A DNA stretch of 50,664 nt, filler included, from Trypethelium eluteriae (taxonomy: Eukaryota): the NCBI GenBank assembly GCA_051942245.1. It is 2 parts of 2 records of this genome, joined end to end, with 100 filler letters (N's around TTAATTAATTAA, not from the genome) between each part and the next. Parts side by side here need not be neighbours in the genome. Positions count along the whole stretch, not along the records: positions 1 to 25,290 come from JAVECL010000378.1; positions 25,391 to 50,664 come from JAVECL010000379.1. One strand, given 5' to 3'. Below, one piece after another: positions 25,283-37,117 of the stretch; within the stretch, counting starts at the first letter, position 1; each line of letters opens with the position of its first letter. A program made the translations under genes and the position numbers. The notes beneath the pieces were generated by a model, which was not told where the DNA came from, made no database searches, and saw nothing but the letters and a program-made list of their open reading frames with translations.

Positions 25283-25290
25283 CTAGGTGG

Positions 25291-25390
25291 NNNNNNNNNN
25301 NNNNNNNNNNNNNNNNNNNNNNNNNNNNNNNNNNTTAATTAATTAANNNNNNNNNNNNNNNNNNNNNNNNNNNNNNNNNNNNNNNNNNNN
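25291..25390. other. Artificial contig-joining spacer (assembly gap)
   Basis: 44 N + TTAATTAATTAA (stops in all six frames) + 44 N = 100 nt. Confidence 0.97.
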
Positions 25391-27305
25391 GACCTCAACG
25401 GCATCGGCCCCGGCCCCGGCGATCCACCGCCATAGTCCTCCTCGTACGCGGCAGGCAGCGTGGCAGACCGCTGCGGCGGCTGCGGACTGAAGTAATCGGC
25501 TGGTGGCGCCGGCTGGCGATAGTCGCGGCGCGGCATCTGCGGCTGGGCGAGGATAGGCACGCTATTGTTCGACAGGGGCGTTGGAGCGGCGGACCGGCTC
25601 GGGTTGTACGGCATATAGCTACGGTCGGCGGGGCTCTGGATCATCGTGTTGCTGCCGCCGCCGCTGGCGGGCGTCTGGGGGCTCATTTCGTAGGCGTTGC
25701 TGAAGTTGGTGTTTTGGCGCTGGGGGGCGCTGCCATAGGGGCGGGTGAAGCTGTCTTGGGTGTTTGTGCGCGTGGGAGGGCCGTAGGGGCGTCCCATGCT
25801 GTCTTGGGTGTTTTGTCGCGATAGGGGACCGCCGCCGGGTCGGTAGCCGTTGCTGTGGTAGGAGGGTGCTGGGGTGGTGGGTGAGGGACGGCTCATCTGC
25901 GTGGCGCTCGACATGTTGCGGTTCATTGGTGGACGGCCGTAGGGAAGAGGTTTACGGATGGGTTCTGACATGCCCATGCCGCCGGCGTCGGATAAAAGAG
26001 GGGCATCTGAATCGAAGCTTGTGGTCGAAGAATTGGTGTTCATTCTTGCAAACATTGGAGCCGGCGCGTCTTCCTCGATACCTGGTAATGTCGGTTGTCG
26101 GGTCAAAGCTGGCTGATCCGAAGCGTTGCGGGTTGGAGGTCGAGAAGTGTAAGGAGGTAGAGTTGACTGGCTTGTTGATCTTGAAAGCACTGAGTCCGCA
26201 TATTTATCTTCCTTGGAGTCCTCCAACGTAGGCAATGTCGGTTGTCTCTGCGCTGTTGGCCGTATACCCTTCTTCATCGCCTCGCGGTCTTCCTTGAGCT
26301 GTTGTTTCCTCTCCTTCCTTTCTTGATCTTCGATGGCCTTTCTCACCTTGACACTGACGACCCGACTGACACGTTGATTGATCTTTCGGCGACAGTAGAT
26401 TGAGAGTCTTCCATCGCTTGATGGAATGTAATGCCAAAGGAAGAAGAGATAGAAAAGTAGCGCAAATAATAAGGATAGAGCAGAAAGGAACCAGATCACA
26501 AAGGTGAACAGCATACTGCCCAGAATTGCAGCGGTTTCAGGCTGTGTATTAGCCAGGATTTTGATGTTGTCGAAGAATTGCCCGACTGGTGAGCCTGCAG
26601 CATGTTGTCCTGCGGGAAGTAAATCTGCCTTAGACACAGAGAAAAGCGTCATGGCATTGACGAATTGACGTGGTGTTTCTGCAAGGAGCACGCGTATTGC
26701 ACCTGAATCTCTCGTTAGCATGTAAGAGACGAATTTCAAGGAAACAGAACTGCTACCCACCTTTGAAGGAAAAATAAACAAATAGTGCAAGGTAATCGAC
26801 TCCTTTTTTGCTCTTGGTCAATTCAGCGAATACCAGGAACCTCCTCCAACCTTTGCCGCTCCCTGGGCGCATGCTTTGCAGTACAACTGCAAGAGGATCC
26901 AGGTAGCTCTCTGCGACTCCGCCTCTGCGAATCACCCGGATCGCGCGAACATATTCGAAGCCAAGAAGGACCCAAGAAAGCATAATGCAGACGGCAAAGA
27001 TCCATCTGGAAATGGCGAAGGGTATAGCCGGTTTGACCTGACTGGACCAGCGATCGAAAGCGAGGAGATTGACTGCAGTGAAGGTGTCAAGGGCATAGAC
27101 AGCAACAGAGACAATGGCAAGAAACCATAGCCAACCGTAGGAGAATCGAGTGATGCAAGATCTGGACTTAAAATCATCAAGGGTCTGTAATATATGATCA
27201 GTATTCTGGTTTAAATGGAAAGAAGGAAGGTTCTCTTACAATGTAGTGCCATTTCTGTTCCTCTGCTATAATGCCCTTTTCCCGATCTCCACTGAGGCAA
27301 CCCAT
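25391..27305 (-). CDS. kch1: Kch1/Prm6-family fungal potassium transporter (3' end lost in gap)
   Basis: EQKWHYI|TLDDFKS, DTFTAVNLLAFDRWSS, AESYLDPLA, RFLVFAELTKSKKG.DY.ALF, PRQFVNAMTL and LSIYCRRKIN.R; introns 27185-27239 and 26703-26760. Confidence 0.88.
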
Positions 27306-28519
27306 TTTCTGCGATGACTTCGCGACCCTAGAAGGACCTATCTAGTGGCCGTCTCGACACGTGTAATCAATGCTGCGCCGTTTTTAAAATTTGGATTTTT
27401 CTCCGAGGTTGGTCGGTCCCATGCAATTGTTGTCAAAATGTCCAAGGTCGGAAAAGAGCCAGACGTTTAGAAGTAGAGAGAGACCAGGTCGAAAGGATGC
27501 AAAAGACCTGCTTCTGCAGAGAACGAAAGTCCGAGACTTGCACAGCCTCTAGCTGCAAAGCTTGATCAGGGATATGCAATGAGCGGAAGGGCTATTCAAA
27601 GCGAATGTAAAAGTTCAGTGGGTTGTTCAGGTCGAGCGCTGGTAAGGAATGCGCATAATCTCGGCCGAAGTCAAATGTGTAGAGAAGTCTAAAAGACCAG
27701 GCCAGGGAAAATCATCGAAATGTCAAAGCCAGGCGATCGAACAATGAAATCAATGGCGTCTGCCAACACCTGGGTTCCTTTGAGAAAAAATTGAGGCGTG
27801 TCCAGCGTCTTTATTGCGGTGGCCGCGCTACTTTTCCCCAATAACGAGTGATCACAACGGGCGGCTAGGCGGGCGGTGAATAGGGCGGCGGCAACACGAA
27901 GTGAATTCGCATCACTATGGATGAAGGATGAAGAAGATGGTGACCTGCGCTGCGGGCGAGAAGAAGGAAGGCTGTGAACCTCTACCCAGGAGACGGCATC
28001 CCAGCTTTCCTGTGTCTGAGGTAGATGGTGGTTCGAGCCTGTCATTCTCAAACACGGCTCGTGCTCGACGGCGCGACCGCAGACATGCGCTACTCCAATC
28101 ATCGCCCCGGCCCTGCAAAAGCTCCAACTCCTCCCGTCTGAGACCTTCGTCTCTCCGCGCACAGAGGCACGCCGCAGACCACATCGGTGACATCGATTGG
28201 CGCAGAGTACTCCGTACTTCGTGGATCCACCCACCTGACAGTCCATGGAACCAACGCAGCCAGAGCAGGTAACGCAGGTAATGCAGGCGTCCATTGTATT
28301 ACATGATATCGCTAGCCTTTTTAGGATGCATACCTACCTTATAGGGAATCCATGTATCTTACCTGCGTAACACATGTACGTATATTAGGTATCCGTGGCA
28401 CTCCGGGTTGATGTCTACCATGTGCAGCCCAGCCACTTCTTGGTTATGCGGAAGACCCCGAGTGAAGAGTAGAGAATAATCGCACTACTTGGATAAGGCT
28501 GGCACCTAATTGCTAGCTA

Positions 28520-29599
28520 ATGTCCATTACCATGAACGGACCACGGCCATCGCGTTACAAGCGACATTCGACTTCATCCCAAGGCGATGCACTCGTCCAT
28601 TATGAGCCAGGGAGTATCTGCTGGTTGAAGGCTAGGGATGACTTTGTGGACGACATTGACAGTATAGCAGAGCTTCCAGATGGCTGCTATAATCATCCCG
28701 CTGTTTTACTTTGGACAGAAGGGTCTGGAATGAAGGCTGTCATCTTTCTTGTTGCCGTAACCTTCCCTGCTGACATTGCAGGCTACTAATGGTCGCAGAT
28801 AACGTCTTTCAATGGAGTTCCACTTCATGTCAAACATGCGAAGAGCAAAGCCCTCCGAGAGCAACATCTGCCTATCTCTCCGAGCCCGCCACATCCCGAC
28901 TCTGGAATCTTGCTCGAGATTGACGGTGATCCTCTTCGCAATACTAGCTGCGTTAAGGTCAAGAATGTGAGAGTCTGCACCACCAGAGCTCTTCGTCCCT
29001 ACGGCGCACGCAAACTGACGGCTCCTTCTTACGATCTTCTTATGAAGTTTGCCCCTGCTAAGCCCTCAAGTGCAGATATAAGTGCTGTTAAGACGCAACG
29101 AGGGTTGCGTTCACAATATATCAAAGCTCTAAGTCCTTCGTCGATCGCGAACACATCCCTACCAGCACCCAATCGCTCCTCACGACACAAGCACGGCCAC
29201 GTTACACATACGAGCTTTCCACACACCCAGCCTCCTCGTCGTACTCGCCAGAGAACAGAGCTGGAAGACCCTCTGTTACGAAGCCTCCTTCAATCTCCGC
29301 ATCAAGCCGTCTCCCGTCCACCGCGAACCGAAGCCATATATGGTACTTTTACAGCACGGGATCATACATCCCACTTACCGGTGTATACTTCTCAGCGTCC
29401 AGTATCTCCTTCTTCAGAAAATAAATTCTCATATCTCGGACTCTTCGAGGTGGTCATCGTGCTTGTCCTGCTTGTAACCGTGCTCGGTGGAGGCTTATAC
29501 GGGATTGTTATGCTGGCGAGAGCTCTCTGGCCAGGGATATCTAAGTGGATTAAAAAAATGTTGTCAGGAAAGATTATTGGACACAACAATTTTTATTGA
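28520..29599 (+). CDS. Hypothetical protein: N-terminal domain with PemK/MazF-like pattern, low-complexity linker, C-terminal TM helix
   Basis: Same-frame ORFs 28520 and 28799-29599 joined by a 3n intron (28757 or 28751 to 28798; tactaat branch; CAG). Motifs PGSICWL, NHPAVLL, ITSFNG and LPI.PSPPHPD; TM segment LFEVVIVLVLLVTVLGGGLYGIVML. Confidence 0.75.
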
Positions 29600-29892
29600 A
29601 TGCCGTCTCGATTTCAGGGGCTCGGGACTGCTCAAGTCGGCCATTTTTGACACGAGTAGCGTCTCCATATGCAAATCTGGACTTTTAACTTTACGAATCT
29701 ATGGCGTTTTTGACTCAAAATTTATGCCTGTCTCTCACCTCTGACGCCTTCAGGCTTAACAATCTCCGAGTTCGAGCTCTGCCAATTTCGTAATCAATGA
29801 ATTCAAGTTTACATGAGGACAAGCCCCGAGACCCGTCGGCGTTATCGTCACCATACATTACACTGTGAGTATTCATCGCATCACGGAGTCTC

Positions 29893-30714
29893 TCATTCTT
29901 GGACAAGAGCCATCAGACTGAAATTGAGATTCTGGCCATCTTCTCTCTATATGAATTCTTTGACGATTTGAAGGCCACTCTCGCCTAGCAAGTCTTCCTG
30001 CGCTAGAAGAGATCCCCTGTCGACGGGCCCTTTCCTATCGCCATCCAGCTCGTACAGACGTCCTCTGGACTTTACGAAGCATATATAGTGATAGTCGACT
30101 TCCGCCGCGGCATCTTCTGGTACGCTTGACTGTCCTTGCATGGCGGCCTTTCTATGAGCGTCCTCGACGTCTCGTGAAGCCTCCAAGGCTTCCGCACGCT
30201 CACTTTGTCGCAACGGAATGCATTGTTGTAGAAGCGATGACAACGGCGTGTCAGTCTCTACAGTGGTTGTCAGTAGCAGGAGGGAATGGCTTGCCCGGAG
30301 ATAGACCCCTCAAGACTACCCACCAATGGAGTCTCTAGCCGGTCCATTGGTGACACTGTGTAACACCCCATAGAGGCCGCATGCATTGTGGATTGTTTGC
30401 TTGAACCAGATGACATCTTCATTGTCACCATGTCCTTCATATGGTGCAACGCTTGCGTCTTCTTTAGCCTTCAGCGTCTCATACGCATCCGATGTAGGGA
30501 AGATTAGGATCAGAGCGAGCACAGGGCGAGGGATTAGGGCCACCAAATCCGGATCGTCTATCGAAAGCACGTCTTGGAAGTGTAGGTTTCGGCTGACACC
30601 TAGTTCATGGGCAAGATCTGTGAATATGTCCGAGTCCGACTCCAGAGGAATATAGTGCTTTTTGTAGGCCGGCTTGCTTGTTGATTCAATTACTGTAGGT
30701 TTGCGCGGGTTCAA
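29893..30714 (-). pseudogene. Ubiquitin C-terminal hydrolase (UCH-L3/Yuh1 family, peptidase C12) with a premature stop; no clear ATG
   Basis: YIPLESD, QTIHNACG (Cys), HYICFV (His) and LYELDG (Asp); intron 30258-30323. In-frame TAG at 29947-29949 is followed by the conserved REDGQNLNFSLMALVQE*. Confidence 0.8.
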
Positions 30715-31423
30715 GCACCCTCAGCTTGAAGAAAGTTAAAAATGGGAAACCGGACACTCAGTCAAAAGATCCGTTGCTTAGTCATACAATCCAATAGGTA
30801 GGTACATTCCACATCAAGTACATGTAGGTATCTTAGGCGTCGGCTATCGTTCCTCATTAGAGTAAGATACAGTGTCAAGTTCAAAAAAACATCAGATCTT
30901 GTCTATATAAAAAAACAACAATGATCAAAACAATAAGCATCGATCATTGCCCAATAATACATGAGCTCATGTATCAACATGTTCATGCTACTTATGTTAC
31001 AACATGTTAAAGTAATAAATGCTCAGCACGACCCCCCAAATGCTTGTCGTCCCAAACGTTCCCCCGGTCTTGAGTTACACCATACACCAGGCGCGCGATG
31101 AAGCAAGCAAGCCTCTTCGTGCAAAATGATACTATGGAGTTTTCGCCTCCATGTAGGTACAAATATATTTCGAGACCGACCAACATTGCACACCGGCATC
31201 TGAACCCTATTCATAACCCTTAACGCGGAAGAGCCATAGACGATGTCCCAACGCGAGTGAATTGCTCAACACGAGTTAACATCAATGCGAACACTGATTT
31301 CTGCTCATGCCATAATCGTCTGAATCTCCTTCCGGCACACGGACGTGACCGTCGGAGTTAAAAAAGAGGCTACGAGTCCTTAGACTCAGCCTCTTGCTGT
31401 TCAATCCATTTCTGACCATATAG

Positions 31424-34189
31424 TCACCACATCTCTTCCTCCTTGCTCACCGCCTTCTCCGGCGCCTGGCCAGCATGCCCCGTCGCGCCCTCGCCGCGAC
31501 CATCCATCTGTCCCGGCTGCTTGCCCTGCTGCTGCTGCTGCCCAGGCTGCCCGGCAATCTGGATCTGCGGATGCATCTGCTGCACCTTCGCTAGGTAGCT
31601 GTACATGAAGTTACTCAGCAGTACCTGCGAGTAGAGCGCGCGCCGCGGATTCGCCAGCTTCATGTGCGCCATTCGATAGATGGCTCGCTCCTCGAGGATG
31701 CTGAAGCGGGTCCAGTTGTAGTCAATGTCGGGCTTGAGGATGCGCGCGGGAGGCGGGTCGGGAGAGAGGCCGCGGAGGGAGCTCGGCTTCTTGCTGTGTC
31801 CGTGGTCGTTGGACGGTGACTTTTTGCGCGCTCCGCCGAAGATGGAGGCGAGGAGACCGGAGTCCTTCTCTTTCTTGCCTTCGGCCCCGGCTTTGCGACT
31901 GCTGGCTTCCTTTTTGCGCTCTTCTTCTAGTCTGATGCTCTCGCGGTCCAGGACGAGACTTTCGCGGCCCCGAGATGAGGTGCTGCCGCCGTCAATGCTC
32001 GTTTGTAGTAGGTCAAGTCGAGTGTTGTCGATCGCTTTCTGGTCTGGTCGAACCTGTTTCGATGTCTTGATGCGCTTGGTTGCAAGCTCTCGCTCGTCTC
32101 GCTCCTTTTGTTCCTTTTCACGCGCTTTTTCCTCTGACCCTGAGTTGAGCAAATTACCCCAGCTCCAGCTCGTCTTCCGAGATCCGTCAGAACCGTCTTT
32201 CTTGTCCTTCGATTTCTTGGGGTCTGGCTTTTGGTCCTCAAATGTAGGAATGAAGGAGAGAGAATCAGTACGAATACTGTGGCCAGGTAGTGGCGAAGGC
32301 TGCCCGGCCATGTCTTCGAGGGTTTGGTTTGGAGCTTTGGGTGGCGTAGAATGTGGTCGGGGTCCTGCTGCACTAGGTCTACCTACTGTTCCTGGGGTTT
32401 TACGTAAACCACGTGGAGGTATACCCTGTTGGGCCACAGACGGCGGCGGTGCATGCGAAGACTTGCGTTCTGGATGCCAAATGCTGTTCGCATGGCGTGG
32501 TCCATCTTGCGGGGGCGGCGTTTCAACAATTGATGGGACATTTGGCGGTGGAGTGTATCCTGGTAATGGTGCTGTGGTTCGCCCGTTCGAGGCGATGCGG
32601 GAATGAAATGGTTTTGGTTGGACTGGTCGAGGTCTTTCGGATTCTGGTGGCTCTGTCATTGTCCTTTGTGGCGGCCGTTCCTCTGTTGGAGAAACTCGAT
32701 GTTGTTGGGGGACCGATGGCACAGGTACAGTTTCTTCTTGTGCCTGCACTGGCCTAGCTTTTCGCGGCCGCGAGAAATTGTCCGGAGGCTCGGGTGAGCG
32801 TCGCGGAGGCATCGGCTCGGTTTGGACTCTATTGAGGAAAAATTCTTGTTCTTCCCTAGCTCCACCTATGGGAGAAGTTATTGGAGATTCCTCGCCGTCA
32901 GTCTCTGCCGATCTGCTAGCAACTCCGGCTGCACGCTTGGAGAAGGGTACGCGCTCCCCCTTTCTAAGACTACCTCTCCGATACGTTGTTCTCGTGGACC
33001 GTTTCAAGCTTTGACTGGTGGGAGCAGGTGGTAAAATCGGCATGTCCTCACCAGCACCCAACTCGACACCAGAGTCATTCGACTTACGACTTGTATCTAG
33101 ACTAAGGGTTCGCATCATTTTTGATGGATCGTCGACCAAGGTCTCCAGTTGGGAAAGATTGGTCCCGCGTCCTGTTTGATTAGCACCTGACCGTCTTCGC
33201 TCCAGCCGTTCCGCTCCATCCTCGTAACCGTTGGGTGTATCAATTTGCCGCGAGAGCATCGACTTCTTCCTTCTTAATCCGCCTCCTGATCCTTGCCTTT
33301 CTATACCATCGGATGATAGCAAAGATTCTTCCCCACCCGACCTTCGCCTTATCCTTTCAACTTTGTCTTCTATGAATGTTTTGAACTCCTTCGGAGCTAA
33401 CTCCGGGTGTAGCCTGGCCGGGACCCAAAATAGTCTTGAAGCGTCATCCTCGTCGGCCGAATGCGATGGTGGTACAGTTGGCACATTGCCAAAGTTTGAT
33501 GGAAAGGATGGCAGGTCAGGATCTGCGCCATTCACATCCATGGACATGCGTCGAATGGCCTGAAGATTGCTCAACTCCTGCGCGACGGCTGCGGGGCTGG
33601 ATTCATAGTCAATGTCGTTCAGAGGGAAAGGTTGCGTTGCGGTCTCTGAGGTCGATCGTTGTAGGTGAGGGGGTGAATTGCGCGCACTCTCGGAGCTAGC
33701 GGAAGGCCTTCTTCCCGGATCTGGGTTTGGGGATCCATTGACAGGACTGTACTTCTTTTCGTTTGACATCGCTCTTTCCAACGGCGATTTGGGAGGGGAC
33801 GCTCTTTTCGACTCGAAGTAGCTCGAGTTCTTCTCATAGCTCTCGCCAGGCGGTGTGCTCATGAAGCTTAGCGGCCGCGATTCGTGCTTGCTTCCGTATT
33901 CATTGTCTCCGTACATGTCTCCGATAGCCTCGGTGACGTGATGGTTATCGTCACTTATGGATATTTGAGGCGAATGACCTCGACGGCCGTGGAAGGTCCG
34001 GTCCAGCTCTTGCGGTCGTGATGAGGTCTGAAAAAGAGAACATAGGCGTTAGCAGAGGATTCTGTGAAGATGCAGTGCTCTAAGCACACAAGTCCAAGGT
34101 GCTTCCGTCGCAAGCGATGGGGAAGCTCGACGGAAGATTAATTGAGCGTTGTTGCATCCACTGAGGTTGCAAGGTCAACCCACCTGCAT
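31424..34189 (-). CDS. zds1: Zds1-like protein (PP2A-Cdc55 regulator)
   Basis: MQ, intron 34028-34183, then ...ISISDDNHHVTEAIGDMY; LFWVPARLHPELAPKEF; C-terminal Zds domain RFSILEERAIYRMAHMKLANPRRALYSQVLLSNFMYSYL. Confidence 0.92.
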
Positions 34190-35104
34190 GTCGGACGCTG
34201 GAGGAATGCGGACGATGAATCCCAGGGTGCGGGGCTCAACAAGAGAGGCTCCGGCAACGAGGAAGAGCGAAGCATCGAAGGTAGAGGGCTGAAGGAGGGT
34301 TAGTAATACAGGGAATGATCGTGGCCGGGTCCCAGACGTAGTCGCCGTAAAGGGGAGGGAGAGATGGAGGTTGGTGGTGTGGCGCCCGGGCTCTAAAAGC
34401 CGCGAAGGCCGTTGTTCATGCGGCACCGGGCAAACATTGCATCTAGTACTATCAAGGACCCATTTCTCGATCGGAAATCTGTCAGACCTTGTCTCTCATA
34501 GTAATCTCAAGCTTGTTCACCAGCAGGGGACGATAGAATTTTCTACTCAAACGGTCTGGACAGGGACACCGCATGAGGACACCTCCTTGACTCGGCTGCG
34601 ACAAGGCTCTGTCCATTCTTAAAGCTCTGAAGGAACAGCTCGTTTCAAACGCCAAAGACCCTGCCTGATTCACAATCTACCGTGGTCGCTTCTAAATCAT
34701 GCGGCACTCGACTGTTTAATACACTATATTCACCTTTGATCTCAATGAAAAGAAAGGGGCGTGATACGGTGAGTCTGGTGATCGCAGGTAGCGTTCGAGA
34801 AAAAACCCGCGCGCAAGGAGCACCGCGGTACGGAGTTGAGCTTTTGACGAATAGCAGCGAGCGAGCAGTCCTCCAGCCTGATCCGCCATAACGCCAAGCG
34901 TCACGCAGACGCATGCAGCCAAGATTCCAAACATACGCCACCCACGAAAGGAAAACCTACGACTCTACCTAGATTACACGCCTCTCTTGAGGCTTAATGC
35001 GTTACTGTCAACGCATCCATCTGCCAGGTCCATTGATCAAATCATGTGGCTTATCTGTCATCACGAGTGCGCATCTCTGCCGAAGGTACTAGTCGTGCCG
35101 GAGC

Positions 35105-37117
35105 CTAACTTCCAGCGAAAGAGATGGATCCGGACAGATGCTTCTTCCAGACAATAGCAAAGGCAGCGACAGCGCAAGCCGCTGCGCCGAGAGCAACGTA
35201 CACGCCAGTACGATCGGTTGGCTCTTCATCCGTCTTTGGAAACGCCGTCGAAGGATGAGTGGCACATTCAGCGAGCTCGATGTAGTGTTAGAGTAGTTGA
35301 TGGTCAATTTTGGAAATCAAGGACCAACTCACATGAGCAATTAATTCAGACACGCTCGACCAGGTGACACTGACGTGCAACGGTGGAGCCATTTTCAATG
35401 ATGCTGTATAGTGGTCTGGCTGCAACTCGCTGCGCTGCGTGGCTTTGTCTTGATCGGCCTTTAGAGCTGTGTAAACTGCCGGTACCCCGTCAAGTTGAGG
35501 ATATTTCTTCCTAAGATCAATGATGTGAGCAAAACTGTCTGGATCGCTGGAATCGTAGGTATAGCATAGTATGTCACAGGCATCGAGCTTGGCCTGGTTT
35601 TCTAGAATTGCTGGTTCTAGTTCACCAAGTTCTTCAAGAATAAGATAGCACTGTTTTCCTCCGTGAAGTTCTACCGTGTTAACAGCGGCCCGTGGCTTGA
35701 TAGTGGGATGATATGTGGTAGTGAACGGCCGGTTCAGAAACGCAGAGAGCAACGAGGATTTGCCGCTATTGCTCGCGCCTAATACGTAGCAGAGAAACAC
35801 GTTTCGTTCCACTCTGCCTGGTCTGCGTCTTCTTTTGCGCGCTTTGGTGACCTTCAGCGCAGATGTTGTCCCTCCTCGGCTCGGACTCTCGAAGCCTAGA
35901 TACGCAAGATATTCCAGAGTCGTCTTTGGCTCTTCGAACGTTGTCATACTCCATTGGGCGAGCCAACCCTGTAAGGTGATGTATCCAGCCTCGTTGCGAA
36001 CTGCGCACGAGGGGAAGGATGATTCGACCCAGGAAGGCGGCAGGCCAGGGGTTGGGGCAAAGAGGGCAGCAAGCTCAGAGTCGTTCAGGCCGCCATCATT
36101 GTCCTTATCAAAGAGCAGGAAAAGATCGACGAAGAATCGATAGCCCGCTGGGCTGAGCTCGGCGGATGAGAATTGAGGAACATCAAATTTAGGGTGCAGG
36201 AACGAGTCATTGAGACTCAGACTATCGGTATAATGGAACTTCCTTAAAATGATCCATACAGTTTCATGTCGACCTTTCTCGGCGAACAGCTTGTTGAGGA
36301 GTATAAAGCCTTTTTCATCGATACCTCTTTCTGAGACGGAGAAGGGCAAGAATTTTTGGATGGAGCGTTTGATATTGGCCAGGTCATCCTCGGCAAGAGG
36401 TTTTTCAAAGCATTTCATTTGAAAATCATATATCTCTCGGTCATTCAGATATCCGTCCTGATCCTTGTCGCAAAGATAAAAGATCCTTTGAAGGGCAGAT
36501 ATGGCAGCCGCCTTTAGGTTTTGCTCTTTTGAATCGAACAAGGGTGCTATTGGATGGGTCACCGCCTTTTGGCAGAGGAAGAAGACTTCGTTTACATTAT
36601 GGTGCTCTCTCGCGCTTGTCCGTATGCATGAGTCGATCTCTTTAAACTCTGCCATAAGCGGAAGCATTTCATCTTCAACCACTTGAGCTGTTGATCCACT
36701 TGCAGCAAGGTCCGACTTATTGGCACACAGCACGACAGGAACATTGACTCCCAGTGACCGGAAGTAGGGCATCCATGATAAGGCAACGCGTTCGTAGCTG
36801 TAGTGGTCTGAGTATACCAAAAGGATCACATTCGATTTGCGGATTTCTTTTCGCAAGCTATCTCGGTCTTGGGGCTGTGCCAACGTATCGACGATCGTGG
36901 TCGTGACATTATCAGGAGTGCCGAGAGTCGGCGGTAGTGTCACTTGTGGGAGCACGGGCTGTATCTTTGTGGTAACGAAGACGTCTTTGACGAACGATGC
37001 GATGAGGGAGCTCTTCCCAACATCGTTGTCACCGCACACGCATATTCTGACTGTAGATGCGATCAAAATCAGCGTTCTTCCTCAAATAATAAACTTAGGG
37101 TGTGAACCTGTAGCCAT
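35105..37117 (-). CDS. gem1: Mitochondrial Rho GTPase Gem1/Miro
   Basis: [16 protein letters not shown]; two EF hands ([23 protein letters not shown]); second GTPase [10 protein letters not shown]-terminal TM exon 35105-35275. Introns 37051-37107 and 35276-35332. Confidence 0.96.

Noticed and set aside
25335..25346. Palindromic TTAATTAATTAA inside the N run
   Set aside because: Synthetic six-frame-stop linker used to join contigs; not biological. It also creates false ends for ORFs 24575-25342 and 25339-26790.
28021..28045. GGTTCGA T-loop-like motifs (also 13199 and 46353) as tRNA genes
   Set aside because: No complementary T-stem or cloverleaf
11312..29949. Two in-frame TAG codons suggesting stop-codon reassignment
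   Set aside because: TAG terminates several intact genes at their expected ends (permease, isochorismatase, rfeG, gem1, DUF4419), so the standard code applies
28331..30830. TACCTACCT / AGGTAGGTA in inverted orientation flanking the MazF-like/UCH pair, as possible transposon TIRs
   Set aside because: Only ~9 nt match, no target-site duplication seen, and similar motifs recur in other intergenic regions (13100, 19130, 20550)
31725..32606. 293-aa plus-strand ORF (similarly 39394-40242 and 45535-46428 on minus)
   Set aside because: Antisense to well-supported genes in GC-rich islands where stops are scarce; no recognisable motifs
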